Virus record (IMG/VR): IMGVR_UViG_3300033997_000092
Coordinates: 124,001-188,000 of that record
DNA length: 64,000 nt
Strand: one strand, 5' to 3'
In this document: in pieces, positions 9,091 to 18,192 of the stretch
How the letters are laid out: each line of letters opens with the position of its first letter
Numbering within the stretch: position 1 is the stretch's first letter
Position numbers and translations under genes: made by a program
Notes under the pieces: generated by a model
Seen by the model: only the letters and a program-made list of their open reading frames with translations
Told to the model about the DNA's origin: nothing
The model's database searches: none

Positions 9091-10156
9091 ATTTGATACG
9101 CATTACAATTTGTTTTACTTCCTCTGTCTTTAACCTCAAACATCCCCTGTCTTTCAAATCACTAACAAGATGCTTCAGTAAATCAATAGGCATGTTGTCA
9201 GGATCCAGCTTTATCAAATTCCCTTTCTTATCTCGGTCTCTTGGTAGTTCATAGAAATCGACTTCTGATTGAGTGTTTACTTTTCCTTCTTCAATGAACC
9301 ATTTTATTTTCTTTGCCATTGCTTTACCTGCACTGTCGTTATCAGGTAACACAAATATAAAATCAAGTTCAAGTCTACGGAGCAACTCAAGTTTCTTTTT
9401 GCTAATGTTTTGTGATCCAAGTATAGCAAGTGCTGGTATACCGTTTAACAACAAACGCATTGCATCACGTGGACCTTCAACAAGGAATACAAAGCGTTTA
9501 CCTCTCAGTCTACGCAGCATTTCTTTTGTGTAGTGGTATGAGAACAATCCTTTTTCTTTTACCCAATCACCTTCAGACGCAACATAACTAAGCTGTCCTT
9601 CTACTTTCTTCGTCTTTGCTTTTACTGCTCCGACTAAATCTTTTCCTACCTTAACAGGGAACAGACATTGCACTTGGTGAATCGATCCTTTCTTTCCTCC
9701 GACAGCAACATATCCTCCCATGTTGTATATCAGCCATCCAGGATATTCACGCCACTCTGATGTTATTGGCCATGGCCTGAATGCAGGGCTTCCCAAGCTA
9801 ATCATCATCTGTTCGATGTTGTCTTTCTTCTGTGACAACATACTGCCTTTGATTTCTGCCAGTTTTGTTTTATACCCAGAAGTCATTAGCACACCTTTCT
9901 TAGGTGTTAGCTTTCCTATTTGCTGTAGTCCCAACTTATCTGCAAACGTATTCCAGTTACCGTGGGCTCCACATCCCAGACAGTTGAATGACCCAAGCTC
10001 GTATCTTGAATCTGTTACTACTACCACGCCACATGAAGGTGTTCTTTCATCGTGAAATGGGCATTGTACCATTACCCTGTTCTTGACGTCTTTCTTTGGG
10101 CCGTCAACTTTTTCAAGTTCGGCCATTACTATAGAGTGAGCATCCATAGCAGTCAT
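9089..10156 (-). CDS. DNA primase (CHC2 Zn finger + TOPRIM)
   Basis: CPFHDERTPSC...FNCLGCG, LVEGPRDA, PDNDSAG. Confidence 0.9.
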   Translation of the reverse strand: MTAMDAHSIVMAELEKVDGPKKDVKNRVMVQCPFHDERTPSCGVVVVTDSRYELGSFNCLGCGAHGNWNTFADKLGLQQIGKLTPKKGVLMTSGYKTKLAEIKGSMLSQKKDNIEQMMISLGSPAFRPWPITSEWREYPGWLIYNMGGYVAVGGKKGSIHQVQCLFPVKVGKDLVGAVKAKTKKVEGQLSYVASEGDWVKEKGLFSYHYTKEMLRRLRGKRFVFLVEGPRDAMRLLLNGIPALAILGSQNISKKKLELLRRLELDFIFVLPDNDSAGKAMAKKIKWFIEEGKVNTQSEVDFYELPRDRDKKGNLIKLDPDNMPIDLLKHLVSDLKDRGCLRLKTEEVKQIVMRIK

Positions 10157-10215
10157 AGGATCACCTCATTACTAATTTAGTAGTGAATTTACAGTAATCT
10201 AAAAGGTGAGAATAA

Positions 10216-10503
10216 ATGCTTGCGTCTTCTATGAGAAATATAAAAACTAAACCTTCACGCGCCTTATTGATTGCTCCTATGTTCAGTGACGTTGATATGG
10301 AAGCCTGTGAAGTTATCCACGACTCTACTGTAAAGTGTTATATATTACCAATCAAAGTAGAGGATCTGGCTCGCCGTGTAGTGAAATCAAACCATTTCTT
10401 AGGTCGCACAAGTTCTGATAAGTTGTATGTTATGCAACTGAAAACAGGACAGACTTACAATGTTATTGATTTGGGTAACGACAGCCTGATGATACTGATA
10501 TGA
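10216..10503 (+). CDS. Hypothetical protein
   Basis: 95-aa ORF with AGGTGA RBS. Confidence 0.6.
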   Translation: MLASSMRNIKTKPSRALLIAPMFSDVDMEACEVIHDSTVKCYILPIKVEDLARRVVKSNHFLGRTSSDKLYVMQLKTGQTYNVIDLGNDSLMILI

Positions 10504-11609
10504 TGTTCAAACCTATTAAGAAGGCGGCCACGACCGCTTTCGACTTTAATGCTTCAATGCAGGATTACAATCCAAATCGTCATGCGCCTTTGAGTAAGCT
10601 GGTTAATGAAGCCATGACTTCTGAGGTAGTTCTTCCTCGTGGCCGTGGTCCTGAGTTTAGACCCAGCTCGTTTCCAAGTTGTCCTATTTTAAACTGGATG
10701 AAGCTGATTCGATTTAAACATCTTGGCAATGTCGAAGCACTGCATTATTTCGGAATGGAGTATTATACTTCTGTTGGTACAACTGTCCACGAGAAGATTC
10801 AATACTTCATGGGCTTCACAGGTAAAATGTGGGGACACTGGAAGTGCATTAATCCAACGTGCCGCGAAGCACACAAAGCGGCTGACAAGCTCGACCCGTT
10901 AGGCAATGTCATTGCTGAAGGTAAGCCAACACGCCGATGTACAACAAACAACAAGTGTCCTGAATGTGCTGAGCCTATGTTCTACATAGAGTTCACTTTG
11001 AAGTTCCGCGGTGTCAAAGGTCACATCGATGGAATTGTAAAACTGGACAACGGTAAATGGATTGTTCTTGATTACAAGACAACTTCCATGAAGAAAGTAC
11101 GCAAAGGTTTATTTCCTGAAAAGAAACACTTGCACCAACTACCATTCTACACTTACGTCCTTGAAAAGAAATACGGCAAGAAGTATGGCATGAAGATTGA
11201 CCACTTCTCGCTTATCTATATACCCAGAGATAACCCACGAGCTTTCTTTGAGTACAAGGAAAAGTGGACAGACAACTGGCGTGTGCGCTGTGCTAAGCGC
11301 TTTGATGCCGAATGTGCTAAATGGGAAGCAATACGTGAAGACGTTGCTGGTGATACATTCCACAATGTTGTTGCCCACAAACCTTGCGCTTGTCCTGCCG
11401 ACTACAGAAATAAAATGTACGGCTTTGGTTCCTGTGTTATGGAATCAGTCTGCTTCTCTAGCGGCAAACTCAAAGGAACACTAGCTACGTGGTTAGACAT
11501 TCACAAACGCAAACCTCCAAGACTAAAAGCTTTCGAGGACGTTGTTGAAATGGTCACCCACGGTGAGTACAAAGCCAAAGCAACAAAATCTAAGGCACTC
11601 TCTATATGA
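10500..11609 (+). CDS. Cas4-like PD-(D/E)XK exonuclease
   Basis: RPSSFPSCP, GTTVHEKIQ, GHIDG, DYKT, QL..Y, C-terminal Cys cluster, inserted CxxxxC..CPEC. Confidence 0.8.
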   Translation: MMFKPIKKAATTAFDFNASMQDYNPNRHAPLSKLVNEAMTSEVVLPRGRGPEFRPSSFPSCPILNWMKLIRFKHLGNVEALHYFGMEYYTSVGTTVHEKIQYFMGFTGKMWGHWKCINPTCREAHKAADKLDPLGNVIAEGKPTRRCTTNNKCPECAEPMFYIEFTLKFRGVKGHIDGIVKLDNGKWIVLDYKTTSMKKVRKGLFPEKKHLHQLPFYTYVLEKKYGKKYGMKIDHFSLIYIPRDNPRAFFEYKEKWTDNWRVRCAKRFDAECAKWEAIREDVAGDTFHNVVAHKPCACPADYRNKMYGFGSCVMESVCFSSGKLKGTLATWLDIHKRKPPRLKAFEDVVEMVTHGEYKAKATKSKALSI

Positions 11610-11989
11610 AGAACACATTGGAGAAGTTACTTAGAATACGATCTAAGTTACCTCAGTCTGTTCAAAGTATACTTGATGTCAACTTGGATCAATCAATACC
11701 CAATATCCATATCTATCTTCACAACATATATTGGGCGCACATACACTTACAGGAAGCAATCACCGAACGTGACCGTATAGTGCCTGCAAAGAAAAGACAC
11801 TTGCAGGTAGTTAAAGCTTCAGGTAAAATAACGAACCACTATAGTTCAGTCAAGCTTGAGTCTTTAGACAGAGCATTGATAAGGCTGGACCGTGCGATTG
11901 TAACCAAACAGGATATAATCGAAATGTACGCTAAAAAAGTTGAGGAACTTTTAGATGCTCATAGAACTAAATTTAGCAAAACCGCTTGA
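11606..11989 (+). CDS. Hypothetical protein
   Basis: 127-aa coupled ORF. Confidence 0.6.
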   Translation: MKNTLEKLLRIRSKLPQSVQSILDVNLDQSIPNIHIYLHNIYWAHIHLQEAITERDRIVPAKKRHLQVVKASGKITNHYSSVKLESLDRALIRLDRAIVTKQDIIEMYAKKVEELLDAHRTKFSKTA

Positions 11990-12377
11990 GTCAACTAGTG
12001 GCAACAGTGACTTGAAGTTGCAGACACGTTTAGGCGATACTGGATCTTCAAACATTCGTCCAGAGGGACATGAAGAATTGGTAAAAGCTGAACAAGCCCG
12101 AACTAAAAAGCGTTTGCGTAAGATGACGTTGGACTTGGCTGTTGACGATGCTCAGCTAGATGAAGAAACCAAAAAACAAGAGAAAGAGCTTGATAAACTA
12201 CGGCAGGTTAATTTCTCTTTTGGTACTAAGTCTAAAAAGCCAAGTAAAGGTGTTAAACCAAAAGCTCCTGAAAAAGACGAAGAGGAAGAACCTGAAGAGG
12301 AGCCTGATGAAGGTGAATCTGATGCTGGCGATGAAGAAGACCAGGCCGACGACGAAGAAGCTGAAGGCGACGAGTAA
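11955..12377 (+). CDS. Hypothetical protein with acidic tail
   Basis: 140-aa ORF, GAGGA RBS. Confidence 0.65.
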   Translation: MLIELNLAKPLESTSGNSDLKLQTRLGDTGSSNIRPEGHEELVKAEQARTKKRLRKMTLDLAVDDAQLDEETKKQEKELDKLRQVNFSFGTKSKKPSKGVKPKAPEKDEEEEPEEEPDEGESDAGDEEDQADDEEAEGDE

Positions 12378-12388
12378 CATCTATAAAA

Positions 12389-12396
12389 CTGTAAAT
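12389..12396 (+). promoter_or_regulatory. Phage-specific CTGTAAAT promoter motif (representative; also 1781-, 5245-, 10187-, 19218+, 23682+, 35571+, 40532+, 40574+, 41202+, 52326+)
   Basis: Recurs in the correct orientation ~20-100 nt upstream of replication genes, the tRNA and the acidic-protein genes. Confidence 0.7.
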
Positions 12397-12439
12397 ACCT
12401 GTCTATACGACGGGTATTTTTATTTTTGGCGGAAAAAAC

Positions 12440-13399
12440 ATGGCTAAAGACAAAGTGAAAGAAAAGAAGAAAGCTAAGGCTGTTGACAAGAATGATGTCA
12501 AGTCAGGCAAGAAGCCAGGCAGGAGAGAACAGGCTGCCAGCTCCAAGAAGCTGATTAAGTCAAAAGGTCCTGAGTTTAAAAAGAACAACAAGACCGCCTC
12601 ACGCACTACTGATTTTACGGTAGATGATTTCAAAGAAGCTCCGTATAACCCGCGATATATCAGCCCTGTAGAATTGCAGCGCTTAGGTAAATCGATGACA
12701 ACATACGGTGACTTGAGCGGTATTGTTTTCAACAGGCACTCGGGTGTGACTATTTCTGGTCACCAGCGCTTGAAGCAAGTACGCTTGTATGAACACGGCA
12801 CTGTACTGAAAGATGTAAAAGATGACGGTTACGGTACTGTTGCTGAAGGTTACGTATGGTACAAAGGTCCTAACGGCAAAGTTCGCATTCCATTACGTGT
12901 AGTTGATTGGTCAGATAAGAAAGCTGAATTCGCAGCCAACATCGCAGCAAACGCACACGGTGGTTCGTTCGATAACAAACTGCTGGCTAACTTGGTTGAA
13001 GCAATTGAACCAGGTGACGGCGAGTTCGATATTGATTTACTTGGTATCGATCCTATTACAATCAAAACACTTCCTTATGAAGACAAGATCGGCGATGCTA
13101 ATAAAGAAACGTCTCCGTCAGGTTCCGGTCCATCGTTTGCAGAGTTCAACTCAGAAAGCTTCGACGGCGAGTTGGTACATGAATGTCCTCGTTGTAGTAT
13201 GCGCTTCAACGACAACGGTGAAGAAGTTGTCCGTAAAGGTTACTCTGAGCCTGAAGACGATGACGAAGAAGATGAAAAGCCTTCAAAGAAAAAGTCAAAG
13301 TCAAAGAAGGACAAAGACAAGCCTTTGAAGAAAGGCGCAAAAGAGCTTGCTGAGTTTTCTACTCCGGCTAAGAAAAAGCCCAAGAAGAAATCAAAATAA
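12440..13399 (+). CDS. ParB/Srx-like domain protein with Zn ribbon and Lys-rich termini
   Basis: APYNPRYIS, YGDLSGIVFN, ISGHQRL, ANIAAN, HECPRC. Confidence 0.8.
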   Translation: MAKDKVKEKKKAKAVDKNDVKSGKKPGRREQAASSKKLIKSKGPEFKKNNKTASRTTDFTVDDFKEAPYNPRYISPVELQRLGKSMTTYGDLSGIVFNRHSGVTISGHQRLKQVRLYEHGTVLKDVKDDGYGTVAEGYVWYKGPNGKVRIPLRVVDWSDKKAEFAANIAANAHGGSFDNKLLANLVEAIEPGDGEFDIDLLGIDPITIKTLPYEDKIGDANKETSPSGSGPSFAEFNSESFDGELVHECPRCSMRFNDNGEEVVRKGYSEPEDDDEEDEKPSKKKSKSKKDKDKPLKKGAKELAEFSTPAKKKPKKKSK

Positions 13400-13411
13400 A
13401 AGGAACGATTC

Positions 13412-14479
13412 ATGGCCAAAACAAAAAAGGCTGAAAAAGAATCGGCAGCAATGCGTATCAGTAGGCTGGTACCATTCGCTGTCCCTTCTATTAAGAAAAT
13501 CAACAAACATCCTAAACGCTATAAGTCCATAAGCTTGTTCGCTGGCTGTGGTGGCAGTAGTACGGGAATGAAGATGGCTGGATTTGATGTAATCTATGCC
13601 AATGAGTTTGTTGATATTGCCGCCGATACTTATGCTGCCAATGCTACATCACATACAAAAGTTGATCGCACAGACATTCGTAAAATCAAGTTCACTTCCC
13701 TTATGCGTGAACTTGGACTTAAAGAAGGCGAACTTGATCATATGGACGGTTCTCCTCCTTGCTCTAGTTTTAGTACAGCAGGTAAGCGTGAAGAAGATTG
13801 GGGTAAAGAGAAAGCCTACTCCGAAGATAAAGTCCAACGTACGGATGACCTGTTCCATGAATTCTGCCGCGCGCTACGTGCGTTTAAGCCAAAGACTTTT
13901 GATGCAGAGAATGTTTCTGGTCTTGTGAAGGGCATGGCTAAAGGTTACTTCCGTGAGATTGCTAAGCACCTTGAAGATTGTGGTTATGTTGTTGCTGCAC
14001 AGCTTCTTGATGCTAGTTGGCTCGGTGTTCCGCAGGCCCGTCAACGTATTGTGTTTGTTGGTGTCCGCAAAGACCTTGCAAAGAAGTACGGCTTCAAGCC
14101 TGTGTTTCCTAAACCTCTGTATCGTCAGGTTACTGTTCGTGAGTGTTTGCCTGACATAGCACGTATCAAAACGAAAGTACAGAGCGTTATCAAGTACGTT
14201 GATAGTAACAGGCCTAACAGTACGATTACAGCCAGTGATAGTTTAACTAGCCCGACAGCTAAATTCAGTGACGGTGGCTACATTGAAACATTTGACGGCG
14301 AACAACGCAAGTACAACATAGATGAACTGCGCGTCATCTGTGGGTTCCCTAGCGATTTCAAATTGTTAGGAACCTATGAACAACAATTTGAACGTCTTGG
14401 TCGTAGTCATGTGCCTGTGCAGATGTATTGGGTATGTAAAACTATTGCCGATGAAATTCTCGATAAGATTAAGGATTAG
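13412..14479 (+). CDS. C5-cytosine DNA methyltransferase family protein; predicted carboxymethyltransferase
   Basis: SLFAGCGG, GSPPCSSFS, ENV, PQARQRI, GFP; motif X reads GRS instead of GNS. Confidence 0.9.
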   Translation: MAKTKKAEKESAAMRISRLVPFAVPSIKKINKHPKRYKSISLFAGCGGSSTGMKMAGFDVIYANEFVDIAADTYAANATSHTKVDRTDIRKIKFTSLMRELGLKEGELDHMDGSPPCSSFSTAGKREEDWGKEKAYSEDKVQRTDDLFHEFCRALRAFKPKTFDAENVSGLVKGMAKGYFREIAKHLEDCGYVVAAQLLDASWLGVPQARQRIVFVGVRKDLAKKYGFKPVFPKPLYRQVTVRECLPDIARIKTKVQSVIKYVDSNRPNSTITASDSLTSPTAKFSDGGYIETFDGEQRKYNIDELRVICGFPSDFKLLGTYEQQFERLGRSHVPVQMYWVCKTIADEILDKIKD

Positions 14480-14481
14480 TT

Positions 14482-15258
14482 ATGTCTGAGAGTGGAGATA
14501 ACCACGTAGCCGATGATGGTGCTAAATGGTCCTTTGACGAAAAGGTAACTGCTTCGTTTGACGCTATGCTAGCCGACAGCATTCCAAGCTACGAAACTAT
14601 GCGTAACCTGTGTTTCGAGCTTGGTAAAAACTTTGTCCACAAAGGCAGCCTTATTGTTGACTTGGGCGCCAGTCGCGGTCAGAGTATACAGCGCTTTGTA
14701 GATCATTTCGATTCTATTTACGCGCCGACTGCCTTTGATGTTACTGGTCTTTCATCTGATGGTGTACAGCACGTACTCTTTGAGATTAGTCCTCCTATGA
14801 TGGACGTACTCAAAGATAAATTTTCATTGGCACCAAATATAATGTTGTGTCCAAACGACATTACTGTCCGTGGAAACATCAGTGCTGTGTGCAAGCCAAA
14901 AGCAGCCAGTTTGATTATGAGTATTCTGACAATTCAGTTTACTCCGATTGAGTACCGATTGCAGATCATCGATGAAATCTATCAGAGCTTAGAGCCTGGC
15001 GGTGCTTTTATTTTTGTTGAGAAAGTAATAGGCAATTCAGCACACATTGACCGACTCATGGTAAAAGAATACCTGGCACTAAAAGCCGATCACGGTTACA
15101 CTCAAGAGCAAATCAACAAGAAACGCAAAGCTCTTGAAGGTGTTCTCGTTCCTGTAACCGCCAAGTTTAACGAAGAAATGTTGCGTGATAGTGGATTCCG
15201 TTCTGTTGACTGTTTCTATCGTCACTTAAACTTTGCTGGCTGGATAGCTATCAAATGA
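14482..15258 (+). CDS. cmoA: Carboxy-S-adenosyl-L-methionine synthase (CmoA-like)
   Basis: WSFDEKVTASFDAMLADSIPSY, DLGASRG, LTIQF, L.PGG.FIFVEK, KRKALEGVLVP, NFAGWIAIK. Confidence 0.85.
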   Translation: MSESGDNHVADDGAKWSFDEKVTASFDAMLADSIPSYETMRNLCFELGKNFVHKGSLIVDLGASRGQSIQRFVDHFDSIYAPTAFDVTGLSSDGVQHVLFEISPPMMDVLKDKFSLAPNIMLCPNDITVRGNISAVCKPKAASLIMSILTIQFTPIEYRLQIIDEIYQSLEPGGAFIFVEKVIGNSAHIDRLMVKEYLALKADHGYTQEQINKKRKALEGVLVPVTAKFNEEMLRDSGFRSVDCFYRHLNFAGWIAIK

Positions 15259-16094
15259 AGAAAAAGAAACTTCCAAAAGTAAGGAAACTATTGGGAGAAG
15301 CATTGCAGCCACATCGTAAAAAGCGTTGTGGCGTTTTGCTTTCTGCTGGTGTGGATTCTCACAGTGTTTTACATGCCTGTTTGGATGTAGGCATACGACC
15401 ACTCGTAATAAGCTTTACTCGTCGTGATCACGAAAGCCGTGACTTCAAATCGGCACGTGAAGCTGCAACTCGTTTAGGATTGGATTTCTTTCCTGTCTAT
15501 CTTAAATCAGATCCAGAAGTTCTTGTACGTTATTTGCGCCATGCTGCAAAGCACGGTGTTCGTGGTAAAGCCGCTTTCGAGTGTCTATATCCGATGATGG
15601 CAACTGCCCGTAAGTTAAAACGTAAAGGCATAAAGATCGATTGTTTATTTTCCGGTTACGGTGCCGACGCCTTCTTTGCTTTGAGTAAGAAAGGATGTAT
15701 GCACTACCGTGACAAGATGGCTGAATACGCACTGGAAGCACATGCCCGATATGTCCGTAAAGGATCCCAGCTTGATATTCTCAAACGGTATTTCAAAGAT
15801 GTTGCCTGTGTCAAGTACAGTAGTCCGTGGTGTGCCGAATCTATCCGTGACAGCTTTACAAGACACACGTACTCACATGACGACTTAAACAAGCCAAAAC
15901 AAAAATGGCCTGTACGCAGAGACTTTGACAAAGAGTTCTCTGAGTCAAAAATTTTCAACCACACAAACTACCAGTTGGGTGATAGTGGTATTAGTGCAAT
16001 GTTCCTGCAGTTGCTCGATCACCGCATAAATAGCAAAAACTATAAATCAACTACTGGTATATACAACGACATTGTTCGGAGTCTCGATAAATGA
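15255..16094 (+). CDS. Asparagine synthetase-like ATP-dependent amide ligase (synthetase domain only)
   Basis: PP-loop LLSAGVDS, FSGYGADAFF, KW.VR; no N-terminal Ntn glutaminase domain. Confidence 0.75.
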   Translation: MKKKKLPKVRKLLGEALQPHRKKRCGVLLSAGVDSHSVLHACLDVGIRPLVISFTRRDHESRDFKSAREAATRLGLDFFPVYLKSDPEVLVRYLRHAAKHGVRGKAAFECLYPMMATARKLKRKGIKIDCLFSGYGADAFFALSKKGCMHYRDKMAEYALEAHARYVRKGSQLDILKRYFKDVACVKYSSPWCAESIRDSFTRHTYSHDDLNKPKQKWPVRRDFDKEFSESKIFNHTNYQLGDSGISAMFLQLLDHRINSKNYKSTTGIYNDIVRSLDK

Positions 16095-16570
16095 ATCACC
16101 TGCATCACCTGTATAATCAAGTACGCAAAGCAATACTTGCCGAAGCTACAATGGATAAAGAAGATCGACTTCTCCATAGTTGGCAATTTTTAGTTCAACT
16201 GAAAGGCGTCAACTACGTTGTTGGTAAGACAGGCTACAATACTATGTTTTACCGTATAGGTGATAAGGGCGATACAGTTACTGGCTACCCAGATGATATA
16301 CTCAAAGTGATATTGTCTTGGACCAAGGAAAAATATACAGGCTACATTATTTATGATGGCACTGAAATACGCCGTAAGTCAAAAAGCATCGAAAGCTTAC
16401 TCGAACGTACTGCTAAAAAGGACTACGTCATATTTGGTGTTCGGCCAGATAATACATGGTCCGCTTTGTATGAGGCCAACAACAGCCTAAAAGGTTACCG
16501 TTGGGTAAAAGTTAAAGCACCTGCATCTGACGTTAAAGTTAAAAAGACAAAGTCCAAAACAAAGCACTAA
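16091..16570 (+). CDS. Hypothetical protein
   Basis: 159-aa ORF coupled by ATGA overlap to the AsnB-like gene. Confidence 0.65.
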   Translation: MNHLHHLYNQVRKAILAEATMDKEDRLLHSWQFLVQLKGVNYVVGKTGYNTMFYRIGDKGDTVTGYPDDILKVILSWTKEKYTGYIIYDGTEIRRKSKSIESLLERTAKKDYVIFGVRPDNTWSALYEANNSLKGYRWVKVKAPASDVKVKKTKSKTKH

Positions 16571-16604
16571 TTTGTTTGTACACAAATAATGTGTCGGAGG
16601 CACT

Positions 16605-17270
16605 ATGTCTAAGCAATATCGTGGTATACGTTCCAGTGTTCGTAAAACCAAATCAGAAGCCCGTCGTATGTTCGAGGCTAGACAGGAGCAATTAAAGAGC
16701 TTGTCAGCTCGTAACATAAAAGCCAAGCCTTTACGCAATAGCGTTAAAGATGGTTCGCATCCACCAATGCCTGATCGGGCTGTACGCATTGTTCCACTCA
16801 AAAAGATAGGTACTCTTGTTCAGCAGTTGCCTGATACTCCGATTACTCGTAAGGGTATGACGTTACGGCAATTGATGACAAAGACACCAGCGTTAATGCG
16901 TAACAACTCTGACGATGTTCAAATTGAAACATTGTCGAAGAAGAAAACAAAGTCAGGTTTGCCTGTAGTAGTTGCTAAGGGTTATACTGTTGACCCGTTT
17001 CGTCCAAAAGCAACTCGCCGTGTGCATGAGCTTTATATTGTAGGTCTTGATTCTCAATCGACTCCGATCAGTAAGCAGCGCCGTGTGCTTGTAAGTTGCA
17101 GTTGTGAAAACTACTGCTTTGTTTTTGAGTACGCGAATGCCTATCACGGCGCCAGTAAAATTCTTTACGGAAACGGCCAGAGTCCAGACTTTACTAATCC
17201 AGGTCTGTTACCTGGACTGTGTAAGCACTTGTACTCATTGGCTGAAATTGTACGTGAGAGAGGTATGTAA
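16605..17270 (+). CDS. SWIM-type Zn-finger protein
   Basis: VSCSCENY...LCKHL; GGAGG RBS. Confidence 0.65.
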   Translation: MSKQYRGIRSSVRKTKSEARRMFEARQEQLKSLSARNIKAKPLRNSVKDGSHPPMPDRAVRIVPLKKIGTLVQQLPDTPITRKGMTLRQLMTKTPALMRNNSDDVQIETLSKKKTKSGLPVVVAKGYTVDPFRPKATRRVHELYIVGLDSQSTPISKQRRVLVSCSCENYCFVFEYANAYHGASKILYGNGQSPDFTNPGLLPGLCKHLYSLAEIVRERGM

Positions 17271-17536
17271 TGGCTTGTGAAGGATGTCGCCGTCGCCGCG
17301 AAGCTTTGAAGCGTATGGCAAGCAATGTTATAAATTCCGTGACCCGTGCTGTCAGTCCAAGTCCTGAACCTGCACAATCACGTGGTACTGCATGTGCAGG
17401 ATGTACAACAAAAGCAACATCAGCAGGCTGGGTTAATGTGTGTCGTATTTGTTTGGGACAATCAGATCCGACGCCTTCTCCGAACCACTCTAATGAGCCT
17501 AAATGTAACTTATCTGTTTGTGAGCGTAGAAAATGA
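17270..17536 (+). CDS. Small Cys-rich protein
   Basis: MACEGCRRRR, several CxxC; coupled on both sides. Confidence 0.55.
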   Translation: MACEGCRRRREALKRMASNVINSVTRAVSPSPEPAQSRGTACAGCTTKATSAGWVNVCRICLGQSDPTPSPNHSNEPKCNLSVCERRK

Positions 17537-18192
17537 CACAAGAAAATCAATTAAATGGAACTGAATCCGCAGAAGCGGCTGAGTTGCGCCACGCCCGTGA
17601 ATTAATATCAAAGGCCGAAGATGTGATACAAAGACTTCGTGCCAGTTCTGACGTAGCCACTGAGGAGCTTGGCTCTGTTACAAGTAAGCTGCTTGACCTG
17701 CGTGTTGAACATCGCCTTTTAAAGTCCAAGCTTGATGCCACTTTATTCGACAAAGAAGCATTCAAGCAAAAGTGCGACAAGTTAGAAACAACTGTTAAAA
17801 ACTTGGAAGCCGAACTTGTCAAGCGTAGCACTCAGCTATTACGTGCTTCCAAGCGTAACCAAGAATCACTTGAATTATTTTCCAAGTGCGCTGTACTTTT
17901 CGCTTCTTATGTTTCAAGCTCGAAGCTTCCTGTTTATGTACTCACTCGCTTGAAAGAAATAAACTTTCCTAAGCCAAATACGATCCGTCGTGTTGTTGGT
18001 TTGCCTGCAGAAGCGTGTGCTGTAGAAGCTGTTAAGGTCGTGTTTGATCCGTTTAAGTCTATCAACAAAACTCCACCGACATTCACAAATTCAGATATGC
18101 CGATGGACTACTTCTTAAACGCATTTTATCACACCGTGTCTCCTATCGTTATTGAAGATGCGGAAGTGGCTGCTGGCGAGGAAGCCTCGTAA
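17533..18192 (+). CDS. Coiled-coil hypothetical protein
   Basis: 219-aa ORF with heptads. Confidence 0.65.
   Translation: MTQENQLNGTESAEAAELRHARELISKAEDVIQRLRASSDVATEELGSVTSKLLDLRVEHRLLKSKLDATLFDKEAFKQKCDKLETTVKNLEAELVKRSTQLLRASKRNQESLELFSKCAVLFASYVSSSKLPVYVLTRLKEINFPKPNTIRRVVGLPAEACAVEAVKVVFDPFKSINKTPPTFTNSDMPMDYFLNAFYHTVSPIVIEDAEVAAGEEAS

Noticed and set aside
14482-15258. CmoA acting in tRNA cmo5U modification
   Set aside because: No CmoB in the window, and the gene is wedged between a DNA MTase and an amide ligase; not excluded genome-wide
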